From Octopus bimaculoides (lineage: Eukaryota): a DNA stretch of 63,543 bases. The notes under the pieces are model-generated. The model was not told the DNA's origin. It ran no database searches and saw only the letters and a list, made by a program, of their open reading frames with translations. Below are positions 12,931-25,438 of this stretch, piece after piece. The position numbers and the translations under genes are program-made. The stretch spans positions 37,168,230 through 37,231,772 of the forward strand of contig NC_068984.1 of assembly GCF_001194135.2 (NCBI RefSeq), written 5' to 3'. Numbering within the stretch: the stretch's first letter is position 1; each line of letters opens with the position of its first letter.

Positions 12931-13790
12931 CAGGTCCGGTCTATTATGCTCTAGTACCCGATGTGTTTGGATTGTGAAATCACAGAGGGTTTTGCTAGTG
13001 TCCGACTCCGCTACTATCTGCAGTTTGTGCTCATACCACGACTAGCCCCTCTGTAGTCCCCCACTTTTCGCACAGTTTCCAATGTAGCACTTTCGCTACC
13101 TGGTCGCGTCGCCACAACTTGTAGTGGGGTTGGGCAATTCTAGGGCATTTGCTCGAGGGCATACGGCACAGCGCAGACACTTGCTCATTCCTAAGGTTGA
13201 ACCCTCCAGCGCCTGGCAAAAGCTTGGTCTTCACCTGCCAGTATAGTGCTCTCGCTATCTTTTTTTAGTATTCCTTTCATCAGCCAATCCCACCTATTTT
13301 TATAACAATTTCGTTTGTGGCAACATTGAATAGATTGTGCAGTCCCTTCTTGCTGAATTCTTCTTCATGTCCTTCTTGAACTTCCTCCTTTGTTTTCCTT
13401 TTTATCTTTGCTCTCAATACTTCCTCGTTCCTAACTGTCACTAGCAAGGTTTCCTTACTTTGGGCTAGGTTTCTCATTAAGCTATCGAGTTCGATACGCA
13501 CGCAGTCTTCCACACTTATCAGTCCCCTTCCTCCATTCGCTCACTTCATGTAAAGGCGATGAGTGAATGCACGTGGATGATGGGCTGCATGAAACGTTAG
13601 AAGCTTTCTTGACTTCCTGTCCGTCTCATTTAGCTCCTCATCTGTCCACTTCAATATTCCAGCGCCATACTGAACTACTGCGACTGCACGCGGGTTTATT
13701 GCCGAAATTATGTTTCTGGCCTTCAACTTTGAAGCCAATATTATTCTCACTCGCTGTAGATACTCTTTTCATCTTTTCCTTCAGGTCATG
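12930..13790 (-). mobile_element. R4/Dong-type (RLE) non-LTR retrotransposon fragment: RT thumb, CCHC region, start of RLE
   Basis: NIISAINPRAVAVVQYGAGILKWT..EL...DRKSRKLLT..HPR...RLYMK, GRGLISVEDCV and KCPRIAQPHYK.WRRDQVAKVLHWKLCEK match R4-clade motifs. Confidence 0.8.
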
Positions 13791-13919
13791 TTATTCTCTT
13801 CCTTCATGTCATTTTGTTCTTTTCCATCCTTTCTTTTCCTGAGTTATTATTATTATTGTTTGCATTATTCTTTCTTTTTCTGTGTCACGTCTTCGCTCCT
13901 TTCCGCAGCATAGAGACAC

Positions 13920-14330
13920 AACACTTTCCTCAACACATGTGTTGTTCCCAAGTGCAGCTATTATGATAGGTATCAAACTCACTTTTTAATCTCTGTAAAC
14001 GTGTTTCAATTCCAGTGCTAGATCTTGGTACTTCTTGACTTTCTCGTTGTCTGTCTTCACAACAGGAAATGAATCTGAGATCCTTTCCAGATAATATTGC
14101 ACTACACGGAAAAAGTCCTATAATGTTGTGCCAAACCATCCTTCCGTCAGGTTCTCTTCACATCAAGTAAAGTTTCGCCCTCCTTCAACAAACTACATAG
14201 TTACTGATTCGCCAAAAATCCTATGCAAGCGGAACTTACGTAGTGTTGCATTTATCCCAAATAAGCGAGGAAGGAGACCATTGAATGCTGCACTGCAAGT
14301 GTTTCAGTCTTAGATAGAACTTCAACCTCA
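13920..14330 (-). mobile_element. R4/Dong-type RLE C-terminal fragment
   Basis: EKVKKYQDLALELKHVYRD*KVSLIPIIIAALG matches the KxxKYxDL..IPIIIGALG end of the RLE domain. Confidence 0.65.
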
Positions 14331-14339
14331 CCAAACTAC

Positions 14340-14585
14340 CCTTCTTCATGAATTGTTCTTCCTATTGGTGCGAATCAAAGCGACGAGTTTTTACATGCAT
14401 ATTATGATGATGCAAGAGAGAGACGTCACGGGGCGGTATCAGCCTCAACCCAGTCGACAGATTACCGCTGTGACATCTATGGGCGCCTGTGTGCTTCCAG
14501 CTTCGGACTGCAGAGTTACATGCAGCGCTGAGAACACATACTTTGTCATGATCGGATATCGATGGCCCATCTATCATGATATATA
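14340..14585 (+). mobile_element. RTE LINE 3' end with one decayed C2H2 finger
   Basis: Frame from 14463 reads YRCDIYGRLCASSFGLQSYMQR*, a decayed CxxCGRxCxSxxGLxSH motif, preceded by RERRH. Confidence 0.65.
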
Positions 14586-14699
14586 TCAGTTACTCAAACA
14601 GTTGGGGTTGGAGTATCAGAAGAGGATATAAACTTTACCTTTCTCCCTTTAATGTTCCTACATCGAGTGGCATGTTGTAATTTTGCCCGTTTATCAGCA

Positions 14700-15290
14700 A
14701 ATTGTCCATTTCCATTGTAGAGAGTATTCCTGCGACAAATACCCTGCTATTGTTGCTGCTGTTGTCACTAATGATTTTTGTTTCACCAATGTTATTGCGT
14801 GTGACGTTGCTCTTGCTACTGCTGTTACTGTCGTAGTTACTGCTGACGTTACTATTTATTCTTGTGGTTTTGTCTGTTGCTATAGTTTCTTTCTATAGTG
14901 GTGGCGGTGATGGCAATGATCACTTTTCTAAGAGGTTCTTTGTTTGACATGTCATTGTTCCTACTGCTGCTGCTGACGTCATTCCTGGGGCTTATATCAT
15001 TGGTGTGGTTTTTCTTGTTATCACTGCTCTTGTTCTTTTGTGTTTTTTGTTGTTTTTGTTTTATAGCTACTGCGGTAATTCTTGTTTCTGCATTCGTCTT
15101 TTTTTCTTCGGTAGTCACTGCTACAGGCCATAGTCAAGATGGTTGGAGGTTAGAGAAATCATCACTAAATAGTGTCGTCGTGAGAGGATTCATTTCATTC
15201 TTGGCACTTCATAGTTTGATAGGTGTGTGTTTTGTTGTCACCATATTTTTAAACATGAAAATTTACATGATTAAATTTTTGCTATGATAG
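14700..15290. repeat. Degenerate GTT/GCT-type low-complexity tract
   Basis: Recurrent ttg/gtt/gct triplets; explains the hydrophobic pseudo-ORF 14898-15287. Confidence 0.5.
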
Positions 15291-15496
15291 ATATGTCACT
15301 AAGGGTTCATACTTACTATCCACTCTTTCAATACAATGAAGTAGGGGTCATTATCTAACAAAATGTCCCCAAACATTTGAACAAAATAATGTATTTCCAG
15401 CAAAATCAATAGACTCTTACGAACCGACGCGATGCACATCCTACACAGAACGATAATAGTGCTAATAATAATGCTGATAATATTTTTTTCTAAAGC

Positions 15497-15690
15497 TGCA
15501 AGCTGGTAGAATTGTTAGCACTCCGGACAAGTGCCTAGCGGCATTTCGTCCGTCTTTACGTTCTAAATTCATATTCTGCCAGGTGGATATTGTAATTCCT
15601 CTTTCGGGGTCGATAAAATAAGTACCAGTTGTGAACTTGGGTCGATGTGATCTCCTGCAATTTCTGGCCTTGTGTCAAAATTTGAAACCA
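15497..15690 (+). mobile_element. tRNA-derived SINE (family with ctttcggggtcgataaaataagtacc domain)
   Basis: A second copy lies in reverse orientation at 63040-63221; degenerate A/B-box head. Confidence 0.7.
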
Positions 15691-15888
15691 ATAAATTTTT
15701 CTCTAAATTTGACACAACGCCAGCACTTTTCACTGGAAGGGCGAGTCGATTGCATTGTCGCCCAGTACTTGATTGGTATTTATTTTAATGATACCGAAAT
15801 GGTGAAAGGTAACATCGATCTTTGTAAAATTTGACTCAGAACGTAAATAGCTGGAAGAAATACCGCAAGCGTTTCACCTGGCGCGCTA

Positions 15889-15947
<59 letters not shown>

Positions 15948-15963
15948 ATGATGATGATGATGA
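15889..15963. repeat. (GTA)n(ATG)n microsatellite
   Basis: Seen directly. Confidence 0.95.
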
Positions 15964-17425
15964 TTTTAAACAGAATTAAGAGTAAGAAATGTTATCTTAA
16001 CAATCCAGTCCATCTCATTTCCAAATGTGTTATCTCCTGATTAGGTCTGATATATATTATTCCAAATAAGACCACGGCATCATATTTCTTATGAATATAA
16101 AACAAATATGCCTTTGACGATATTCGGTAACAGTTATTCTTTAACTTACGTATGTGAATTCCAAATATAAAAGAAAACAAGAATCAATACGAAAATAGAT
16201 TTCACTTTGTCCTGAAACCGAGAGGAAAAATCGATAGATTTCGTTCAAGTGTCTTTGTATTAGCTTCAACACCGATAGATTGGAACACCAAAATCTTCCA
16301 GAGAATTTGACCTCAATAGCTTACACACATAAATATAACGAGCAGAATTACTTCATAAAGTTCTTTTTTTACTGTAGGAATAGGACAATATTATATACTC
16401 TGTGTTCATAATTAATTAGATTACCAAGAAGAATATTGAATTCATACCATAGTTATTTCTTTAGAGGGACAGCCTAAATATATCCAGATCTAGACTGGTA
16501 GTTGCAATATAATGAAATAGATATTTTACTTCAGAGCAATTTACGATATTCGTACACGGAGAGAATTGGTAAAGAAAGTTTTCTGCAGTTAATGCAGAAA
16601 ATTTTGATCATTCCAAGTCACTGTTTAAATATATTTCTTAGCACAATGTAATTTTTTTTGTGTCGTTTTCGTTTGTTTGTTTGTTTGTTTTTTAATCCAA
16701 GAAACTTGACATTTTTCCCTTCTGATATAAATCAACGCTATTTTTCTACTACAATATTTATATTTGAACTTCACATATCTTTCGAGAATGACATTTGTCA
16801 AGGTAAAGAATAAGCTGTTATTTCGCCTGACATTAAGATAGTTGTATTATTTTGTTACAGATGGTGAATGTGAAAAAAAATTACGTGGAATTTATCCCAA
16901 AAAGAGATACAATTATGTGCTGGAAATGAATTGGGGGAAATATGGAATATCAATAGAGATATACGAAGCGCTATCATTCTAAAGCCTTTGTAAAACTGAA
17001 GCAATATGCTAGCATGTGCATTCAAATAAGACTTATACACTTGTTCTGAAATTTTCAACACTAAGCATACCTCATTTCATTATTAATAACAACGTTATAA
17101 ACTACATTTATCGTTTCCATTAACTAAAAGTTCGATTCTTTGCGATACTGTTTATCAGAATTTTGAGCAAATAATGGAAATGAAAACAGCTATGCTTTGA
17201 ATCCACAGCTCAATAGATTGTATTATTAACAAATCCAATTTAATAATTCCAACCACATCACAAGACATTATAAGGTTTCTGTCATTGGAAATTCGCTTAT
17301 ATCATTTCAAAATTAAATTTTCATCAATTCATATTGACTTTTCGGCTTTTCTCTTTTTCAATGTTATAACTTGAGTTAACAGGATTTAAACTTTACTGGC
17401 TGAAATTCTAAAATGTAAAATAAGC

Positions 17426-17426
<1 letters not shown>

Positions 17427-17483
<57 letters not shown>
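17427..17483. repeat. (TAG)n microsatellite
   Basis: Seen directly. Confidence 0.95.
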
Positions 17484-17933
17484 TCATAGAGGAGGAGTAG
17501 TTCATAGAAAGGAGTAGGGGGAGAGGGAGGTAAAGTTGTAGGAAGTAGAGAAGTGAGGGTAGGGGGCGTTGGTAATGAACCCAGCAAATAGATGACTGTT
17601 TAAAATTTTGAAATGATTTATTAACAGCAATATGCTTTCAAACTATTAAGCCGGGATTTAAAAATGCAGCTGCATCTGCACAGATAGGAAAATAGTATTA
17701 ATGACGAGGTCGCAAAGATGCGACTTAATACTTCTTAATGTTTAGACAAAATTGAATATAGCTGTCTGGGAAATTTGAATAACTATCATGACACTTCAGT
17801 TTATATCTGTGTACGTGCACGTATGTGCGTGTGTGTATATATATTATATAAATATGAATATAATTATATATATATACGTATATATGTATATATATATGTA
17901 TACATACATTCATATATGTATGCATATATATAC

Positions 17934-17971
<38 letters not shown>

Positions 17972-18205
17972 NNNNNNNNNNNNNNNNNNNNNNNNNNNNN
18001 NNNNNNNNNNNNNNNNNNNNNNNNNNNNNNNNNNNNNNNNNNNNNNNNNNNNNNNNNNNNNNNNNNNNNNNNNNNNNNNNNNNNNNNNNNNNNNNNNNNN
18101 NNNNNNNNNNNNNNNNNNNNNNNNNNNNNNNNNNNNNNNNNNNNNNNNNNNNNNNNNNNNNNNNNNNNNNNNNNNNNNNNNNNNNNNNNNNNNNNNNNNN
18201 NNNNN

Positions 18206-18718
18206 AGTATATATAGTAGGTATAATAAAATGAAATGAAGTATTGATTGTTTTATTGAATAAATGAAATATTGAATATCAGATATTAAAGAACGTGCTTG
18301 CTGACGGCGAGGTACGTTAGCCCGTCTCCGTCGGTTAGCCGTGCCTGCGCTTTCGTGGAGCGACGGGCCCGGTCGAGAGAAGTGGGTGGGTCCCGACGCC
18401 GGCCGGTCGCGAGGTCGACGGTGGCAGGGGGAGGGGGGGTTATCTGGCACCTGCGGACGCCACGCGCCTAACCGACCCGACGGGAACGGGTCGCGACGAT
18501 GGATCGGAGATGAAGTGCGTCCGATGCCGGTCGGAGGGGAAGCACATCCTTTAATATTTGATATTCAATATTTCATTAATTCAATAAGACAATCAATACT
18601 TCATTTCATTTTAACTATACCTACTATATATATATACTATATATTCTATATCTTACATTAAGATTATAAGAATATAAATAAAACATAAAAAAACAGACAG
18701 GGTTGGAATTCCTTTCAA
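18206..18718. mobile_element. Long-TIR non-autonomous element with a GC-rich core
   Basis: 18206-18299 is the reverse complement of 18540-18638 at about 90% or better; core 18301-18540 is 70% GC by hand count (168/240). The left TIR enters an N gap. Confidence 0.7.
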
Positions 18719-18788
18719 TCATATATATTTATATATGTGTGTGTGTGTGTATGTATCATATACGTACGTATATATACATATATCTGTA

Positions 18789-19627
18789 TATATTATCATT
18801 ATTAATAAATCATAGGGCAGCAACAAAATTTTAGAAATTTAATTTACCACCAGTGGTCCAGCGAGAATAAAAATGAGTCAATAGACTATATATATATTAT
18901 TCATTTGAAATACAGAGATGCCTATAATAGGACATCTAACCCGCTAGAAAGAGCAGCAAAAAACTCTATACCACAAAAATAGGGATAATTTCGAAAGAGA
19001 ATGAAAAATAAAAACTTTTACCAGTCTATACTCTGTACCATGGTTTCAAGTTATTTAGCAAGATAAAAATATATCTTGCTCGATTTTCCCTCAGAAATTA
19101 GCCAAAAAATATATCTTTTTATTTTTCATTCTCTTTCGAAATTATCCCTATTTTTGTGGTATAGAGTTTTTTGCTGCTCTTTCTAGCGGGTTAGATGTCC
19201 TATTATAGGCATCTCTGTATTTTAAATGAATAATATATATATATAGTCTATTGACTAATTTTTATTCTTGCTGGACCACTGGTGGTAAATTGAATTTCTA
19301 AAATTTTTTTTGCTGCCCTATGATTTATTACTAATGATAATATATTTTTTGGCTAATTTCTGAGGGAAAATCGGCATTTGTTTTATATTTACTGCCGATA
19401 AGTTAAACCGCACATGCGCGGTAAATTTTGAAAAAATAAGCATGTAAGCACAAGTGTTTTCCTATGACTCGTGTTTACACGCTGTTCCGGTACTCTGCTG
19501 AAGATAGTCCCCGAGCAAGATATATTTTTATCTTACTAAATAACTTGAAACCATGGTACAGAGTATAGACTGGTAAAAGTTTTTAATTGTCATTCTCTTT
19601 CGAAATTATCCCAATTTTTGTGGTATA
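18789..19627. repeat. 464-bp tandem unit with internal inversion (A-B-C / A'-C'-X-B'-A')
   Basis: 18789-19014 vs 19116-19344, 19081-19112 vs 19341-19373 and 18977-19082 vs 19512-19627 are reverse complements; ttttgtggtata recurs at 19152 and 19616. Confidence 0.8.
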
Positions 19628-19738
19628 TCTGTATATATATGTGTGTGTGTGTATGCATATATATATTTATGTATATACATATAAATGTATACATATGCAT
19701 ATATATATATATATATATATCTGTATGTNNNNNNNNNN

Positions 19739-19781
<43 letters not shown>

Positions 19782-19787
19782 TTATTT

Positions 19788-19930
19788 AAAAGAGTTCCAA
19801 CTCTGTTTTTCATGTTTTATTTATATTCTTATAAAATTTATGTGGGATACAGAATATGTAATATAAATAGTAAAATCAAATGAAGTGCTGAATGTCTTAT
19901 TGAATATATGAAATATTGAGTATTAAATAT
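19788..19930 (+). mobile_element. Third, more diverged copy of the 18.2-18.7 kb TIR
   Basis: aaagagttccaactctg...ttattgaatatatgaaatattgagtattaaatat aligns to the reverse complement of 18555-18715. Confidence 0.6.
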
Positions 19931-19989
19931 AGAGTATTAAATATATGAGGACTAGTATACTTTCCTGCCTCATGGCAGTCATCAAGGTC

Positions 19990-20235
19990 CTGTCTGATAT
20001 TGAAATTACAACGGAGGACCCTTGAATCTAGGTTAGAAACCGGGTCTTTCTTTATCGGCAAGAAATCTTGTAATAAAACTGAATAATGGCATACATACAT
20101 ACATACACACATATATACATACATACATGCATACATACATACATACATACCCTGTTAATGTTGAAGTCCCAATAAAGGATCTTTGAATCTAGGTTAGAAA
20201 CCGACACTTTCTCTATTGGCAAGAATCCTTGAAAC
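19990..20235. repeat. Diverged direct duplication of about 75 bp split by (CATA)n
   Basis: ttgaatctaggttagaaaccg...ggcaagaa at about 20020 and 20185. Confidence 0.5.
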
Positions 20236-20280
20236 CTACGTATATACGTACGTATGTATGTGTGCATGTATGTATGTATG

Positions 20281-20311
<31 letters not shown>

Positions 20312-20644
20312 GTATGTATGTATGTATTTGGCGGCCAAATTTGAGTTGCACTGAAATCAGAACGAACTGTACTTATGAAATGATATTGCTAGAGGGTTAT
20401 TTCTAATTTATCAAGTTCTTTTCATTTCTCCAATTACTGTTCATCAGCTTTTATAAATTTTATTTTTGCCTTTTTCTTTGGGCCGTCGTAAGTAGTCAAT
20501 CCCACTCGAAGAATAAATCATATGTGCTTGTATCTGTATGAGTGTATCTGTCTGTGTGCTTTTGCGCATGCATGTGTATTGTATATGAATATGATATGTA
20601 ATATGTGACTGTGTGTGCTCGCGCGCGTGTATGTGTGTGTTAAA

Positions 20645-21125
20645 AAAAGTAGACAACAAAACCAAGGTTGTATGGAATTTATAGGACATTTATAAAGAGG
20701 AATAGGTATGCCCTTTAGAAAGATGCCAAGGTATTGTTTATCCATTATATAGGTTTTACCTATAATAAGTGCTTCTATTAGTAAGGAAGCAATGATATGA
20801 GAGGTATTGGTATCCAGAAGCCCCAAGGTGGTAGGTAAAGCTATGTAAGTGGTACGGGAGAACCGAAGTTAAACTCTCGGTTCGATAATAATACGAGTGA
20901 GGAGTCTAATCCGAGTCTTGTGTGAGCATTTTATGTTAAGTAAAATGAGACAAAACCAAGAATGTGTGGAATTTATAGGACATTTATAAAGAGGTATAGG
21001 TATGTCCTTAAGAGAGATACCAAAGAATTGTTTATCCATTATATAGGCGTTACTTGTAATAAGTGTTTGTATTAGCAAAGAAGCAACGATAAGAGAGATA
21101 TTTGTATCCAGAAGATCCAAGATGG
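20645..21125. repeat. Diverged tandem duplication, two copies of about 185 bp, period about 295 bp
   Basis: 20655-20828 aligns ungapped with 20950-21122. Confidence 0.75.
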
Positions 21126-21242
21126 TTGTGTAAGTTTGTTTAATACACATATTTATGCATATAGATATTATAGTATAACACAGTCAATCATATATATGAT
21201 ATATTGTCTCGGTCACACCGTGTGCGTATCTCTCTCTCTCGC

Positions 21243-21277
<35 letters not shown>

Positions 21278-21299
21278 ATGTGTGTGGGTNNNNNNNNNN

Positions 21300-21370
<71 letters not shown>

Positions 21371-24112
21371 AATTTGTACCAAGTAGTGATTACCTTATCA
21401 TTATTGATTGATTCGAATTTGAGGACGGAGATGTTGGAGAGTTAAAGAGAAATTAATTACAACAGTAAATGAACTCCGACAGCCTAGCATAAGAAAAAGA
21501 AGAGAATAATTACGAGGGCTAATAATAAGCTATATTTCCTTCAATAAGCAATCACCTTGCTCTTTAATTGAATTAGGTTGTCGAAGGTGATCAACAAATT
21601 ACCGATGGAACAATTCAGAAGTGGATAGCAACGCTTACTTTATAGTATAATCTGACAGCGAAAAGTAACCAGTTTCTCCATCAATATACAAACATTACAG
21701 ATGCATACGTTATGTTATATTTTTCTTTCTTGTTAAATATTTTTCATATAGTCGCAAAGGCAAATTCAGTTCCTTTGTAACAATAAATTTCCTAAATCCA
21801 AGTTCAAAGATTCTTCTCTAGGCATTCACAGCGTTATCATCAGAATTGTTTGTAATTGTTTCATTAATTGTATGCGGATTCCACGCTTGTAAGCACTACT
21901 CCTGGAATTTAGAATTCGAGAGGCAACACATCCATTCCAAATAGAATCTCCTAATAAAATAAATTATTAATAAGAGAAATGCTACGCATAAGACAACATG
22001 GTGCATGCGTATACACATATACGATCAAACAAACTGCCTTTATTTTGACGCATAAATCTAAGAGTCAAATCTGAATTTTCGGAGACAAAGTCTACATAGA
22101 TAGCATCGCTCCCTCTAAAAGTGGTCGCTATGTACTCCAAAATCATTTGCACTCTGATTATGTAACTGTGAAAACCTAGAAGGGTCGATGTAATATATGT
22201 AAAATATGAGGAAAGGAGACCTCTGACAAATGTCAAAGTTATTGATGACATTTGTTAAGTGAATTATCAGTATACTGAAAGGAAATTCTTTACGAAAGGA
22301 CAATATTATACTTCTGAAAGTTAAATTTGTATTGTTATCCAAAAGTTAACATCAACTGTTATATCACCAAATTCTAGATATGGAAAAATATGTCAAAAGA
22401 ACAGTACCTATAGCTAGAAGGCTCTGAAGGCAGACAAAGCAGATGTATGTCGGTAAAAATATATCACAAATTATGATGAACGAATTGCACGAGATTCAAA
22501 ACTAAGAGGAATTGCATGAGATTCAAAGCTAAAACAAAACTTAGGCAAATCGTCATCATATAGCGGTACCCATGCAATGCTCTATGTTTCCTTTGAACTA
22601 AGCCCTTTACCAGACTCGGCAGCCCTATTTAATCCGCTAATACCCTGTTATTTTTCAATAATTCAATTCCGTACTAAACATTTGGCAAATACTTCGTGAA
22701 AATTTAATCTGGAAATTCATTAATGCCCTATTTGTATTCCATGTATATGAACCATATATATTAAAGCTTGATGAGCATCTGTATCAACTGGAACTGCAGA
22801 ATCTAGCAAGCGAACTGAACCCCAAAGAGATCCACAATCCAGCAATCCAGCAAGCGAGCCTATATATTACGATCCGACCAACGTGAAAAAGTGACAACAC
22901 TGCCTTAGATCACAATTTACTGGTTTTAAAATGGTAGACCACCTAGATAATGCAGTTGTTGCTTTATTAAATCTGGCTGATTGGGAATGCGTCAGAGCTG
23001 ATCTATATCTGAAGAGCTGGTTACAAATCTCTGAATGCATGCAAAGGCTAAACAGTCTCCACATCTTTCACCTCTACTTTCTTTCTCTTGGCTAAATAAT
23101 GAAGCATTTATATAATAACATGCAACACTTGCATTCGTTTTCTATTATTATTCGGAACGTATGTGTAATGAAGCCCCTTCAAAACTAGCATGATTTTGCG
23201 TGTATTAGATAAAGGAATTTTTAAACATATTTCTATCAAGAAATCTGCGTCCATCTGTTTGTAATCAATCAATATTATGGTTAACTCACGAAAATTGGAT
23301 TAATACATTCAAATACATATCAATTCGTTATCGTGGTTATTTCTCAAAGGATGATTGATCATGCTAATTTCGAATACATAGAAACTGAGAATCATAACGT
23401 CCTTGATGTTTATACTAGTTTCATTAGCTACTCGAGTATGGGAATTAGCTAAACACAAGAAAAGAACAGGTGACTGAAACGCGGCAAACTACCACGCTTA
23501 ACTCATAACAAATTATAAATTTAAAATGACATATATTGGGAAAAATACTTTACGTTTCCTACTAATATTAGCAATAAGCTCACATATGACAAGAAAAATT
23601 TAAGTGGAAGACAAGATCTATTGACGATTTGAATGTCGGTTAATGGTTAAAATGTTTTCTAGTCATTCGTTTAAGCGTCGCAATATACCTTTCCATAATC
23701 TTCCAATTTTTTTGTCTGGTTTCCAATATTAACTATAGGAACAAAACATCTTACACCATCTATCGTTGACATCTAAAAAAAAACATGTTCATAGTAACTT
23801 ATATTCTACTGTATGGTTATTACAAAACAAAGTATAAAAAGAAATATATAGTAAATATAATAATGCAGTAAAAATGCGAATTATATTTACGATAAAAAAA
23901 TATCCTCCCGATAATCTATTTAAATATGTCATAAAATATATTTATTACTAAACTTGCCATTTACAACGCAAATTGAAGTACGCTATTTCCAATGAATGCA
24001 CTGAAGACGCACAAAATTTTCTTTAAAAATTTTATCGTGTATGCTTCTGTGCTTGTCTGTATATGTGTGTCAATGTATGTATATATATATATATATTTGG
24101 TGGGGACGGGTA

Positions 24113-24179
<67 letters not shown>

Positions 24180-24388
24180 ATATATATAAGTATAACTAAT
24201 TTCAAAGTTGCATATAGAAATGGATAGACTATTCTGTAACTTCTGACCCAATTGAGTTTCTAACACTCTTATGGAAATTTATGAATACTTGTCTTTATCA
24301 AGAGCACTGCAACAAGCAAGCCGGGGGTGAATGGCAAAACATTAAGAATAGATATATGACCACATTTTATACAGGCATGTATATATTT

Positions 24389-24407
24389 AGGTAGGTAGGT
24401 AGGTAGG

Positions 24408-24480
<73 letters not shown>

Positions 24481-24481
24481 T
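24389..24481. repeat. (TAGG)n(TAGA)n microsatellite
   Basis: Seen directly. Confidence 0.95.
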
Positions 24482-25226
24482 AGTTTATATTTTCGCTCAT
24501 TGTCTTGTGTTTCTCTCCTGGAATGTCGGTTATATATAAAAGGAGTCCATTTCTAAATTTTCACTGCAAATCTTGTGAATTCTTTTGTAATAATCATGTC
24601 ACAGTGTTCTAGATAAAACTCCAATTGTAATCGGTGTATTTATCTATAAATGACACGTCATTTCCCTTATATATTACAGCCCGATAATCTTGATTTGTTT
24701 TAGCTATCATTTGACTGGACTAAAACGTTTGCTTTTTCGCCGAGTGTGCATCCGATTTTTGTGGGTATCCAGGATAAATAACTTAGGAATGTCATCTACT
24801 CATCCTCACTATAACTCTCTATGGATATGTGCGACAGTGTTTCTATTTGCATTTTTAACTAGTAGAAATCAACATGGAACAAGGTTGATATTATAACCTT
24901 CACAATCTTACATTTGTAAAATCAAATTTAAAATTCTCAAGAGTTTTCATCGGAAAAAAAGGACATTTTCATGATTTGAAGTCAAATGTAAATGTTTCTT
25001 TGCTGGGAAACGGATTTTAGAGAAAACAGATTTCATGGTATGTGCTTTATCATTCTTTCACGGGTACGACACCTGTTGTCTCTCCACATTCAAATATGTA
25101 TTTTTCGTTCATAGGAGTTGTTCGATAGAGGTTGCAGCAGTTACAAGCGACCGCATGCACACCACACACATATACACATACCAGCATAGACTTACCAACA
25201 CACAATCGGACATACACAGAATACTA

Positions 25227-25438
25227 CAGGGTTTCCACAAAGTCTGGGTACCTGGAGTAAATAAAATCATAACATAAACAATTAAATATAACAAATAATA
25301 ATTTCTTAAAATATGTGTTAATCCTCATGTGGGTACATGGAGCAAATAAAATCATAACATAACCAATTAAATATAAGAAATAATAATTTCTGAAAGTATG
25401 TGTTAATCCCCATGTACCCAGATGTTGTGGACACCATG
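25227..25438. mobile_element. Tc1/mariner-type MITE, 212 bp, TA TSD
   Basis: TA|cagggtttccacaaagtctgggtacctgg ... ccatgtacccagatgttgtggacaccatg|TA; the interior is an 85-bp tandem duplication. Confidence 0.8.

Noticed and set aside
14898-15287. 129-aa hydrophobic, membrane-protein-like ORF
   Set aside because: Product of a T/G-rich degenerate triplet tract.
15831-16040. PolyV/M ORF; also polyS at 57920 and polyL at 62227
   Set aside because: Trinucleotide microsatellites with no flanking coding signal.
17695-17731. Bulged hairpin gtattaa-tgacgag-gtcgca-aaga-tgcgac-ttaatac, considered as a ribozyme or Helitron end
   Set aside because: No GAAA strand or CTRR terminus; a single short hairpin.
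20518-21150. Two paralogous ORFs as duplicated exons or a NUMT
   Set aside because: Substitutions are mostly non-synonymous, no splice signals were found and no mitochondrial protein is recognisable.
22931-23095. 54-aa ORF MVDHLDNAVVALLNLADWEC
   Set aside because: Protein-like but short and unrecognised, with no splice or family support.
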